Source of the DNA: Eledone cirrhosa
Lineage: Eukaryota
Reading direction: 5' to 3'
Length of the DNA stretch: 60,680 nt
Assembly: GCA_964016885.1 (NCBI GenBank)
Contig: CAXHJY010001009.1
Coordinates: forward strand, 1 to 60,680
Shown here in pieces: positions 1-12,506 of the stretch (positions are counted from its first letter, which is position 1; the number at the start of each line of letters is the position of its first letter). The position numbers and the translations under genes were made by a program. The notes under the pieces were generated by a model. The model was given only the letters and a program-made list of their open reading frames with translations. It searched no databases and was not told the DNA's origin.

Positions 1-1042
1 GATCAACACTAATGCGTTTTTTTTTGCAAAATGACAATAATTTTTTAGCCAGATAGAAATACCTTAATTCAAGTACATGTAGTCCGTCTGTATCGATCTA
101 GAAAATATTAAATATTAAATCTATACTCACAGACGTAAAATGGCAACTGCCTGGTGCCTAGACATGTTTAAATTTCAAAATTCAAACCTTTTCAGCAGAT
201 CGGTCGGAACTTCAAAACATAAACCTGTTTCACAAGGGATGGTATACTAATGAAATAATTAATTAATTACGGAACAACTATTTATAAAATAATTATTAGT
301 GAAGTAATCAATTTTCTGTGATTTTCAATAGGCACCCAGATAAATTATAATTACTTCTCCTAAGATGAGAATCTTAAGACTGATCTGTCGCGAGCCTAAT
401 ACATGTGCTTTTGCACACGACCTTCTCAGCATTCTGGCTCATATCCATGGCGCTAGAAATAACAGCCGTAAATATGGGATTATGAATTCAGCTCTACCGA
501 AGAAGCAGATTTATTTCAATTTAGTAGTCAAATACAATTATTAAGCTCTAAGAAAATACTTCTGAGCATTACAGTACAATTTAAAAAATATGATCAACAC
601 TAATGTGTTTTTTTTTGCAAAATGACAATAATTTTTTAGCCAGATAGAAATACTTTAATTCAAGTACATATAGTCCGCGTGTATCGATCTAGAAAATATT
701 AAATATTAAATAAATAATATTAGTGAAGTAATCAATTTTCCGTAATTAACTAATTATTTCATACCATCCCTTGTGAAACAGGTTTATGATTTGAAGTTCC
801 GACCGATCTGCTGAAAAGGTTTGAATTTTAAAATTTAAACTTGTCTAGGCACCAGGCAGTTGCCATTTTACGTCTGTAAGTATAGATTTAATATTTAATA
901 TTTTCTAGATCGATACAGGCGGACTATATGTACTTGAATTAAGGTATTTCTATCTGGCTAAAAAATTATTGTCATTTTGCAAAAAAAACACATTAGTGTT
1001 GATCATATTTTTTAAATTGTACTGTAATGCTCAGAAGTATTT
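1..1042. repeat. Foldback/inverted-repeat element fragment (non-coding, probably derived from a DNA transposon)
   Basis: 1-272 is the reverse complement of ~738-1004, 592-711 is a direct copy of 1-120, and 554-710 pairs with ~887-1042. The structure is cut at 1043 by a LINE fragment. Confidence 0.75.
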
Positions 1043-1690
1043 GCGGGGATATAGGCATTATTTCCCTCACCAACAGATTGTATTTTGCACTGAACACAAA
1101 ACCCACTCCTCCCACTGCAGCATTTGTTGTGTTCTTCACTGCTGATGTAGTGATGTGCTGGCTCCTCTTCCCGATCATCACACTCCTCACGGGCTCATCG
1201 TGTAGGTCCTGTGTTCTTGGATCGCAAGTATCTGTATACCACTCTCCTCAAACAGATGTCCCAACTCCTCTCTCTTCTCCAGCGTCCGAATAGTCCTCAC
1301 ATTCAAAGTGCCCATTTTGATGGCTCTTCTGCAGGACAAAACTGCATTCTTTATATTTGTCTCAGAGACAGCTGATCCATCATCCACTGGCCCTCTCTGT
1401 GGCTCTAAGCCAGCAGAGTCATAACGACCAGGTTGCTCCTTGACAGTGTAATTAGGGGCTCTAACCCTAGTGCTGTTAGATCGACTCTCCATATTTCTTT
1501 TCAATGGCTGACAATACCTTACCGGCGCCACTCGAATAAGGTAGTTATTTAACCCATAAATGGAGCCCTAACCGGTACTACCACCCCGGGCCAGGGCAGA
1601 CCTGGGAGTCATGACAACTAAGGGGTAACTCCACATTCCCCACATCTCCTAAACTCCCGAACTGGAGCCTTGCCACTGGATGTAGTTTAA
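1043..1690 (-). mobile_element. RTE-like LINE 5' fragment (start of the APE endonuclease plus 5' UTR)
   Basis: ORF 1187-1531 contains IKMGTLNVRTI...GIQILAIQEHR (APE motifs I-II). The adjacent frame gives NAAVGGVGFVFS. Confidence 0.75.
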
Positions 1691-1694
1691 TGTC

Positions 1695-1726
<32 letters not shown>

Positions 1727-1929
1727 GTATATATATATATATGTATAAGACCTTATGCTATTGTTTTAGAGTAGTGACAGACTCACCTACTTTAATTTCA
1801 GCAAACAGGGGGAGATAAAGCTGACGAGGCCTTGTTTTGTATTTATTGATGCTTAACAAAGCCATAAAACAATAACATAAGGTCTTCGAAATGCTTTTAA
1901 TTAAGCATACAGTGTATTACAAAATACAC

Positions 1930-2113
1930 TATATATACATTCATATATATATAGCTATTTCAGAGCACCAATTATAATATATGTATATATATGTATATAT
2001 GTATATATGTGTGTATATGTATATATATATGTGTGTATATGTATATATATATATATGTGTATATGTATATATATATGTGTGTATATATATATATAAAAGT
2101 ATATATATATATA

Positions 2114-2168
<55 letters not shown>

Positions 2169-2290
2169 GTGTATATATGTATATATATGTGTATATATAT
2201 ATTCGTTCAGCGCATCGGTAGTTCTCCTACATGGATATAAAGTAGTGGCCGTACTCGAAAGCGAGTTGGCAGCCACCATATATATATATA

Positions 2291-2343
<53 letters not shown>

Positions 2344-2378
2344 ATATATATGAGTGTATATACATATATATACATGTG

Positions 2379-2417
<39 letters not shown>

Positions 2418-2478
2418 GTGTATATATATATATATATGTGTATATATATATATATGTGTATATATATATATATATGTG

Positions 2479-2533
<55 letters not shown>

Positions 2534-2843
2534 GTGTATATATATATATATGTGTATGTATATATATATATATGTGTGTGTATATATATATATATATGTG
2601 TATATGTATATATATATATGTGTATATATATATATATATGTGTATATATATATATATATATGTGTGTTTTATATATATATATAAAGTATATATATATATA
2701 TATATATGTGTATATATATGTATATATATATGTGTAGATATGTATATATATATGAGTGTATATATATATATGTGTATATATATATATATGTATATATATA
2801 TATGTGTATATATATATATGTATATATATATGTGTGTATATAT

Positions 2844-2907
<64 letters not shown>

Positions 2908-3225
2908 ATATATATATATATGTATATGTGTATATATATATATATGTATATGTGTATATATATATATATGTATATGTGTATATATATATGTATATGTGTA
3001 TATATATATATGTGTATATGTGTATATATATATATATGTATATGTGTATATATATATATGTGTATATATGTGTATATATATATATGTGTATATATGTGTA
3101 TATATATATATGTATATGTGTGTATATATATGTATATGTGTATATATATATATGTATATATTATATATATATATGTATAAATGTGTATATATATATGTAT
3201 ATTATATATATATATATAATATAAT
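1930..3225. repeat. (TA)n/(TG) microsatellite with a ~75-bp unique island at ~2203-2277
   Basis: Dinucleotide repeat read directly; it generates spurious Y/I-rich ORFs. Confidence 0.95.
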
Positions 3226-3378
3226 ATGTTGAAAAGGTAACACATTAGAGAGTACGCTATCAATAAAATAGGGAAAAACCACCAGTGTATGGAATCTATA
3301 ACCTATGAAAGGCAGACTATAGACACGATAATTAAAAATATAAATTAAAGCGTAAATAAATACCTCTATAACTATATA

Positions 3379-3460
3379 ACACACGTACAAATCCAAAGTT
3401 ATCTGTTTCGCCAGTAAGTTGTTGACAGAAATGGAATAACCTCGGTTCCTCAGCGTGTGT
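3379..3460 (-). ncRNA. Type I hammerhead ribozyme (solo)
   Basis: Minus strand reads ACACACG-CUGAGGA-[imperfect stem II]-GAAA-CAGAU(aacuuugg)AUUUG-UA^-CGUGUGU. Stem I is a perfect 7 bp, stem III is 5 bp plus the core A-U pair, and the cleavage triplet is GUA. Confidence 0.7.
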
Positions 3461-3759
3461 AAGGCTATACATTTCAGACAACACTAAGAGAATTTTAAAA
3501 GTGACTGTCCAGCTACACGTGGGAGAGAGAAGTCACAGCGTTTTTAAGGGCAGTGAACCAGTGGTCTCTGAGGGACGAGCTGCTAGAAAGGGCAGCCCAA
3601 AACCACTCAGAGAAGTGTACTCAACCAAACAGAGAGATAGGAAAGACTGTTATAAGGAGCGAAATATCACGATAAATAAACGGAGCCATAGACCCTCGCT
3701 ATTCCCTGTAAATAATGTGCTCAAAGGGGAAGAAATCCTGAGCTCTTTAAAATACAATA

Positions 3760-3950
3760 TGTTCACAGTGCGTTTCCAGTTTTCAGTCATAGATGGCCAT
3801 GGGAAGTACAAGCGCAGCTTAAAATACATGCTAATGGCTCTGCTTGACCAAATCTAGTGCATCTATTGGAACACCGCAGTCACCTTTTTAACCCTGCAGT
3901 TGATGTCCAGCTCAATGTTGCCACTGTTCCTCAGAATACTGCCAAGTATC
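3760..3950 (-). mobile_element. Degraded RTE RT fragment
   Basis: Minus-strand translation RYLGSILRNSGNIELDINCRVKK, with stops. Confidence 0.55.
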
Positions 3951-4173
3951 TATAGAGGATATATATATATTGTATATATTAGTTGTGATGACACAGGTAC
4001 CAAATAGTATCAGCCTTTGACCTCCCTTTGGATAACAATAGATTTTATGTATAGAATATATATACCGTATTTACTGGCGTTGAAGACGCTACTTTTTTAT
4101 AAAATATGTTGCAAAAATCTGCCATGTGTCCTGGAGGCCAAAGGTTGTTTATTATTTTTTTTCAAAGGGCGGT

Positions 4174-4360
4174 GGATTGGCAGTATCGGTAGAGGGTTGG
4201 ACGCCATGCTTTCCAGCAAAGAGCTACGGCCCTTTATGGTCTGAGTTCAAGTCCGGCCGAGGTTAACTTTGCCTTTCATCCTTATGAGGTCGACAAAATA
4301 AAGTACCAGTAATACACTGCGATAATTGCTGGCCTTGTGCCAAAAGTAGAAATAATTATT
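4174..4360 (+). mobile_element. tRNA-derived SINE, family 1
   Basis: A-box-like TGGCAGTATCGG, B-box-like GAGTTCAAGTCC, core GCCTTTCATCCTTA..GGTCGATAAAATAAAGTACCAG. Other full or partial copies at ~11383-11545(+), 14783-15040(-), 16616-16800(+), 18826-18985(+), 34146-34320(-), 48400-48567(-). Confidence 0.85.
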
Positions 4361-5139
4361 TATTTTTCAAATTTTTGATTGTCAACATTGAGGACGAAGT
4401 GTCTTTTATGCCGGGAAATACAATATATATATATGTAGTCTATATATATATATATATAGACTGTATAGTGCATATATATATATATGATAAATATTGGTGA
4501 TAGGAAGGGCATCCAGCTGTCAGAAACCTGCGAAAGAAAGGGTTGGGCAGACCCTTCTGATGTGTAAAGGACATGACAATCACTTTAGTATTGGTGCCAC
4601 AACAAAATACACCCAGTTGAATGAGTGACCATATGTAACTGAGGGGTGGACCCCAACCCTACCTTGGTCTTTGAAGTCAACCTGAAAAACCCTTGCTAGC
4701 AACGAAATTGGACATTAAAGGATGATGAGCTGTGACATCACAGTGTTCAACCTGTTTCAGCCATACCTTTGGACAGCATTATATATGGTCTATATATATT
4801 GGACAATATTTAATATTGTGTATATAGAAGTTTTGACAACGGGGTCATAAAATAAAGCACCAGTAATACACTGGGATAATTGCTGGCCTTGTGCCAAAAG
4901 TAGAAATAATTATATATACATATGTACACACACACACTGACAAACATGTATATTTATATACAATGTTCGGCTGAAGAGTTCATAGGCGGACCAAGTTACT
5001 CTCATGGAATGAGACAATGTATACACACAAATATATACTTATACATACGTATACAAACAAATATATATTTTAAAGTAAAGTCATACAGCGTAGTGTAATA
5101 TCATGTTTTCAATTCTTAGCAAGGGAGGTACATTGTGTC

Positions 5140-5615
5140 TATAGTAAGACGCCTTACGCCCCCCTGTCGGATAATGGACCAGGCCTAGTTGTCTCCCTCT
5201 GGTTGAGAACACTATTTAAGTAAGCAGCAGTATTACTTTCTCAGACAGCCACGGGAAAGCAGACGGTATACACGCCACAGAAAACAGCCTCTGTATCACG
5301 AAACGATAAACAGCCCTCGGGAACAGCAAACACCACAATACCTTTGTAATTGTAATACGCTCCCTTCACTACAACTGGATCACGTATATATTTGGTATGT
5401 TTCATTTGTAATATAATAAACACATATAAACAAAATAAACATCACCATTATTTACATTGTTAAATATAACTCTCGTTGTGGTTATTGTCTTGTTTACGGA
5501 CACACCCCACTCACTTTGTTATAATTCTCACTTACAAAAATGGTAAATAAACGAGGGACCTTCCCTCACGTCTATGTCGATAAACAATCCAACTAGGATA
5601 CATCATTTTACCACA
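5140..5615 (+). repeat. 5' LTR
   Basis: TATAGTAAGAC...TTTACCACA. About 7 substitutions and 2 single-base indels versus the 3' LTR (by-eye count). Confidence 0.95.
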
Positions 5616-5616
5616 C

Positions 5617-5629
5617 TGGTGACCGACGT
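5617..5629 (+). promoter_or_regulatory. Primer-binding site, tRNA-Trp-like
   Basis: TGGTGACCGACGT lies 1 nt after the LTR and matches the tRNA-Trp complement TGGTGACCCCGACGT with 2 C missing. Confidence 0.75.
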
Positions 5630-6268
5630 AAGAATTTTACGCAGCCTTTTTATTCAGTTGAACTTCACTGTTATTACCACGTTGCCAACCTTTTCGCAAC
5701 TTACGAAAATACAAAAAAAAAGACAGAGAAATATAAAGTGTTTATACCGTAGTGACAAGGTATACAAACCAGCCAAAAAATGTTCCAAGATGGCGTTGCT
5801 TTCCTTCCCCGTTTTGTAATTTTCCGCCAGGACAGGGACATTTTGAATTGCGTGTGTGTTCCATATTTGATCAAAGGAAAAAAAAATGTTTTGTGAACAT
5901 TACTGCCCCGCAGGGGATATACATGCCTTACTTTTTTTCTAAGGGATTTTTAGCCACAGGCTACCTATTGTTGATATCCAACGTGGATATATTCTAAGAC
6001 AAACATTTTTTTTTCTCTTTTTCACGGGTTATTTGATTTGGCCTGCCCATTGAAGCAACACAAGGGGACAGACGTTGAAGGAAAATTTTTCTTTTTTTTA
6101 AATATATATATGTATTTTATGTATTTTTCCTATTTCCTAATGTTTTGAATGTCTGTTTCTTTTTGACCTTTCATTTTTTTTCCATTTTGGGTGTTTGCTT
6201 TTCCCTGTACGAGGGAACATTAATTGCTGTTTATATATATATATTTTTTAAATTTTAAACGTTTCACA

Positions 6269-7037
6269 ATGAATACGCCACATTTGCCCGCCTTTACCGG
6301 AAACCCTAAGCTGTGGTTGGTTTGCCCAGCTACAGGTGTATTTTACGGTCTGTAAGACCGAGTCTGACCAGCGCCTCGCTGTCTTGATTAGCGGACTTCC
6401 CCCTAATCTAGCAGATTCGGTCCAAGCCCTAATTACAGACCCCCCCCCCTCTGACTTAACGTATGAGTCTTTAAAAGGCGAGATCTTGAGAAGGAACTGT
6501 AAGTCGGTAGAGAGTCGTTTTCGGTCATTGATCGAGGACGAACGACTAGGTGACTGGACCCCTACCGCTTTTCTCCAGCATTTGCGGGAATTGAGCGATT
6601 CCCAAGATCAGGATAGCCCTTTCCTGAAGCAATTGTTCTTCTCTCGCCTACCTCAAGAGGTACAGGCGATCCTAGTCCATATGCTAGAAGTAAATACCCT
6701 CGACCACATTGCTGTCTCTGCTGACAAAATTGTAGAAGTGACGAAGAGAGACACTTCGAAGCAAAGGTACATTGCTTCCTCTTCTCTTCCTCAATCACGC
6801 TCATCAGCGAGTGATGAGAAGTTGGTCAAAACTATGGAAGCCATGACTCGTCAAATGGCGGAGTTGTGCCAGGAACTCAGGTCTTTTGGACGGCAGAGGA
6901 GCCGCTCACGATCTTATTCAACTCCTCGCCGCCGTAGCCGTTCCAAATCGTTCTTACAAGGGAAACGACGACCAGAGTCACTAACGGCGGATAGTGCGCT
7001 CTGCGAAACATCATCCAACCGCCACTTTTTTTATTGA
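6269..7037 (+). pseudogene. Gypsy gag (frameshifted near the N-terminus)
   Basis: ATG 6269 MNTPHLPAFTGNPKLW joins FAQLQVYF across a frameshift and continues in ORF 6336-7037, ending in an RS-rich basic tail. Confidence 0.8.
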
Positions 7038-10000
7038 AGACCTGCTATCAGGTAGAGCCTTTCTCGTTGACACAGGTGCAGCTTGTTCAATATGGCCTGT
7101 GTGTTGTATGAAGGAGACTCCCCCTGAGTCACCTATTGAGTTGCAGGCAGTAAATTGTTCGCCGATTCGAACCTTCGGACAAATCTCGCTACCTTTGCAG
7201 TTCCGTAATCTGCGGCGTGAGTTTAAATGGATTTTTACTGTCGCTGCCTTGCCGTATCCGATTCTAGGCGCGGATTTTCTCCACCATTTTTCATTGACGG
7301 TGGACCTCCGTCGTAAACGCCTAATTGATGACATCACTGGTTTTTCTGTTGTTGGCAAGGCAGCAGGAGTTCCAACGGTTAGCTCGACCTTTGTTCTTGC
7401 TAACACCGGCGATACTTACCATGCGTTGTTGAACTCGTTCCCGCAACTGACTCAGGCAAATTTTCGAGTTGATGAGCCAACTCATACCACGGAGCACTTC
7501 ATAACTACAACTGGTGCTCCGTTTTTTCTCGTCCTCGTCGCTTGCCTCCGGACAAATCAAAGCAGCACGATCAGAGTTTGATTATATGCTGCAATTGGGG
7601 ATTATTCGTCCGGCCACGAGCCCGTGGGCGTCCCCATTACACATGGTACCGAAAGCGACTGGCGATTGGAGACCTACTGGAGATTATCGACGCTTAAATT
7701 CGATAACGGAACCGGACCGTTATCCTATCCCTCATCTGCAAGACTTTGCGTCTTCGTTGCAGGGATGCAAGATATTCTCCAAACTGGATTTAATTCGTGC
7801 GTACCATCAAATTCCTGTCCATAAAAATGACATTCCAAAAACGGCTATAGTTACGCCATTTGGGTCATTTGAGTTTTTTACCATGCCATTCGGATTAAGG
7901 AATGCCGCTAGTACGTTTCAGCGGTTTATGGATGAGGTTACTCGTGGCCTCGATTTCGTCTATACCTATATTGACGACCTGCTCATTGCTAGTTCTTCTC
8001 AAGAGCAACATACTCACCATTTGAATCTTCTTTTCCGCCGATTGAAGGCGTATAACGTGCAGATTAATGCACCCAAATGTGTTTTTGGTGTTGAGTCACT
8101 GACTTTCTTGGGTCACGTCATCGATGCTGATGGTATTCGACCCCGGCCTGAGCGAGTTAAGGTCATAGAGGATTTGCCTCCACCGACCTCACTACGTCAG
8201 TTACGCCAGTTCTTAGGCCTGATTAACTTTTATAGGCGTTTCGTGCCAAATTGTGCAAGATTGCTTTTCTCCCTGACGGAGATTTAAAAAAATTGTCGGA
8301 AGAAGAATGCACCCATTTCTTTGACAGACACTCAACTTGCTGATTTTCAGCACGCCAAAACTGCTTTGGCTAATGCTTCGTTACTGGCTCACCCGGTACC
8401 CGGTGCAAAGCTAATGCTTTGTATTGATGCATCGGATATCGCTGTGGGCGCAGTGCTACAGCAAAACACCAATGGTTACCAGCAACCGCTGGAGTTCTTT
8501 TCCAGAAAGATGAAACCTGCTGAGACGCGCTACAGCACCTTTGGAAGGGAGCTTTTGGCCATCTATTTAGCCGTGAAACATTTTTCACATATGCTAGAGG
8601 GTAGACTATTTACTATCCTCACTGACCATAAACCATTGACTTTTGCGTTGAGAGCGAAGGCTGATAAATACTCGCCCAGAGAGACGAGACACCTTGATTT
8701 CATCTCGCAATATACGAATGATATCCAACACATTCCGGGTTCACTAAATACACTGGCTGATGCTTTGTCCCGCTTACCCGTGACAGCGATCTCGTCACCC
8801 TCTGACATAGATCTGACTCGTTTGGCTGCGGATCAGCCTCCCCTTGAGTCATTGGATGTCACATCGCCCGAGTTTGCGAATTGCGAGATGAAATACTTAC
8901 CTCTGTCGACTGCAGTTGGCCAAATTCTCTGCGACGTCTCTTTGGACGTGCCTAGGCCCTTCGTTCCAGAGAATCATCGTCGGACCGTGTTTTGGCATTA
9001 CATGGTTTCTCGCATCCAGGATCTTCTGCCACAGCAAACCTCATATCAGCTAGATTTTTCTGGCCAAATATGAGGCGTGAAATTGCTGCTTGGTGCCGTT
9101 CCTGCGTCGCTTGCCAGAAATCAAAGGTCCATCGATACGTCAAGGCTCCCCTGGGTACCTTTACTAACCCAGATGCGCGTTTTTCGCACATTCATATTGA
9201 TATAGTGGGACCTTGGCCTGTCAGCGATGGTTATTCTTATCTGCTGACCATAATTGACCGTTTTTCGAGATGGCTTGAAGCCATCCCCTTGAAAAACATC
9301 ACCGCTGAGACAACAGCGCGTGCTCTCGTGTCTGGATGGATCTCTCGTTATGGAGTTCCATCCACAGTAACTACCGACCGTGGACGACAGTTCAAGTCGA
9401 GCCTTTTCCTCGAACTGTCAAAATTAATTGGTGCTAAACGCATCAGAACTACAGCGTACCATCCCGCTTCGAATGGTATGGTGGAGCGTTTTCACCGACA
9501 ACTGAAGGCCTCCTTAATAGCCTCAATGGACTCGGCGCATTGGAGCGAGTACCTCCCTATTGTGCTACTAGGGATTCGGTCAACGGTGAAGGTCGACTTT
9601 GGATTTTCACCGGCCGAAGTACTGTACGGTGCCCCTCTGACGTTGCCCGGGCAAATGCTTGCCCCTATCGATCTTGATGCCCAAGATCACGCTTCCTACT
9701 TGTCCCGTTTGCGCTCCTATTTCCAGGATTTGCCGCCAATGGACACTAGGAAACAAACTGTCAAGACTGCTGTCCCGAGGGATGTTGCCTCGTGGACGCA
9801 TGTCTTTGTAAGGAAAGATTCTGTGAAGCCCCGCTCACACAGCCTTACACTGGACCTTACCGTGTCTTAGCGCGCTTGGTTCAGCATTTCACTTTAGATA
9901 TTAAAGGGTCCAGGGAGACAGTTACAATAGACAGGATTAAGCAGGCACACCTTGACACGGACCCTGTGGTTCCTGATCCACGAACCCCTTCGTATTTGCC

Positions 10001-10139
10001 TGTTGAGCGAACGCCTGTTCCTGAACCACCATCATCGCCTGTCCCTACACCACCACCATCGCCACATTACAAGACCACGACCCGTTCAGGTCGTAGGGTC
10101 CACTGGCCCAAAAAAATTTGCAGCACCGTCTATATTTAG
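6994..10139 (+). pseudogene. Gypsy pol (protease, RT, RNase H, integrase with GPY/F) split by frameshifts
   Basis: FLVDTGA; [24 protein letters not shown]; DAS...RELLA...TDHKPL; HGFSHPG...CVAC; [23 protein letters not shown]; PYTGPY. Confidence 0.95.
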
Positions 10140-10363
10140 ACTGTGTCAGCTGCACCTTTTTTTTTGCTTCTGTGTTTTCCTCTTTTTTCTTTGCCTGTTT
10201 TTTATGCATGCAGGTTGTTTTTTTTAACATTTTTCAAATCCTTATTTTGGATTTAATGATTGGTAGAGCGAATAGCTCCCCCTTGTTGCATTGTTCGCCA
10301 TCTTACACCACGTGTGAGTAATAACATCGATTTTCGATGATTTGAAAATCTGGCAGGGGATAC

Positions 10364-10839
10364 TGTAGTAAGACGCCTTACGCCCCCCCTGTCGGATAAT
10401 GGACCAGGCCTAGTTGTCTCCCCCTGGTTGAGAACACTATTTAAGTAAGCAGCAGTATTACTTTCTCAGACAGCCACGGGAAAGCAGACGGTATACACGC
10501 CACAGAAAACAGCCTCTGTACCACGAAACGATAAACAGCCTCGGGAACAGCAAACACCACAATACCTTTGTAATTGTAATACGCTCCCTTCACTACAACT
10601 GGATCACGTATATATTTGGTATGTTTCATTTGTAATATAATAAACACATATAAACAAAATAAACATCACCATTATTTACATTGTTAAATATAACTCTCGT
10701 TGTGGTTATTGTCTTGTTTACGCACACACCCCACTCACTTTGTTATAATTCTCACTTACAAAAATGGTAAATAGACGAGGGACCTTCCCTCACGTCTATA
10801 TCGATAAACAATCCAACTAGGATACCTCATTTTACCACA
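10364..10839 (+). repeat. 3' LTR
   Basis: TGTAGTAAGAC...TTTACCACA, preceded by the purine-rich PPT GGCAGGGGA (10352-10360). Confidence 0.95.
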
Positions 10840-10843
10840 TGTC

Positions 10844-12506
10844 CTTAAGCAAGACACATCATTCCACATGTCTCTAATATCCACAGCTGAAAAAGACAAG
10901 TAACTGAATTAGTTGTAGGTTTAGCATGGGTTGGATCATTCTCTGCCTCCAACCTTTTCTCTGCGTCCACAAACCCAGGCTTTACTACCTGCAGTAGAGA
11001 GAAGAGGAAGATATTTAAATACCGGGGCCTGACTAACCACTACCTCTTTGTCCCCACACTTCTGATTTCCCCCTCAAAATTAGAAAGACAACAGCCCACT
11101 TCAGAAAGGAGTTCCATGAAGTGGGGTGTATGTTGTAGTGGGTGTCTCTGGCTATTCTCTATGGTAACACCATTTATGTCTGTAAGGTGGGGCTGAATCA
11201 CAGCTCAGACTGGAATATAGTGTCTGTGCCTCTCCCTCTCTCCCATTATTGCGTTTCATCCTTACGGGGTCGATAAAATAAAGTACCAGTAATGTACTGG
11301 ATAATTGCTGGCCTTGTGCCTAAAATAGAAACAATTATTTTCGTTGCTTGATACGTTTTCATTTTTCTTCTTTACATTTCCATGGATTGGCAGTATCAGT
11401 CGGACGCCATGTTTTACAGCAAAGAGTTCAAATTCCGGCGAGGTTAGCTTTACCTTTCATCCTTACGGGGCCGATAATATAAATTACCAATAATACACTA
11501 GGATAATTACTGGCCTTGTGCCAAAAGCAGAAACACTTATTTTCGTTGCTTGATTCGTTTTCGTTTTTCTTCTTTACATTTACATTTCTTAAATATTTTA
11601 TTACTTTTAATAATATGTTTTGTTTTAATATAAATAGTCATGTAAAATTAACATTATTTTACACAAATCTGAATAAAGAACTAACATATTGATTGAACGT
11701 AGGAATTAATATAACTGAAGGTCTTTCTGAATGTATTAAAATATGTAGGGGACTTTTAAGTCAGGACACCGGCTTCAAGTGGCCAATAGAAAATTATCAT
11801 CTACATCGGCTCCATTGTTTCATGTTATACATAATCTAATTTTATATTTTATGGTGATTATTTCATATTAAGGTGACATTATTGGTTGTAAATAACCAAA
11901 AGTACGTATTATTTCGTTTTCCATTACAGCACAAACATTGTGAACTTTTCTACTAACTGAATTGAAATATCTTGATTTATTACAACACGTACACACATAT
12001 TTCTACACACGCACGCACGTCTATTTATTTCTCTCTCTCATAGGTACACACTCTATGTATGTATATATATTAACCTTTTGAAATTATGATTATTAATTCT
12101 CTTGTGAACAGAATTGTCACCAATAACAAGAACCTTTACTTTCGAAGTCTTATTCCTCTGTTTTATGAGCTGAGGATTTTAGTGTGAATAAAGGTTCTCT
12201 CACCTTAACAAAAATAATTGTGGAATACTCCACAATAATCACACACACACATATATATATATATGTGTGTGTGTGAGCACTTTCTTTTTCTTCACCCAAG
12301 ATCAGTCTTACGCTCTCATACGTCTTATTACTTGTACCAACTGAATGCTACATTACAACTTTGTAGAAGAAGAAAGCCGAGTGTTCTGCAGTCTTTTATG
12401 GACACTGTATATTAGACGACACAGCATATACTAACGATATGTACATTTCTTAATATATGGTTAAAAGTGGTGAGAATCCATTATGTAAAGATCACTAGCT
12501 AGAAAT
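10844..12506 (+). repeat. Shared upstream module of the ZNF duplication unit (putative promoter/5'UTR/intron)
   Basis: Homologous to ~18430-20053, ~35450-36264 (partial), ~44735-46218 and ~23230-23680 (partial). Carries a conserved acceptor-like TATTTCGTTTTCCATYACAG (~11910-11929 and paralogs). Confidence 0.75.

Larger units (their letters stand above)
5140..10839 (+). mobile_element. Full-length Ty3/Gypsy LTR retrotransposon (frameshifted)
   Basis: Two 476-bp LTRs, 4-bp TSD TGTC (5136-5139 and 10840-10843), PBS, PPT, and gag-PR-RT-RH-IN order. Confidence 0.97.

Noticed and set aside
2203-2277. GC-richer island with CTCGAAAGCGAG as a possible ribozyme
   Set aside because: No CUGANGA in a suitable position on either strand; too short to classify.
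1941-3263. Long Y/I/H/C-rich ORFs
   Set aside because: Translations of TA/TG microsatellite.
4174-4260. tRNA-like A/B boxes
   Set aside because: SINE heads continuing into SINE body in many copies; no clean cloverleaf.
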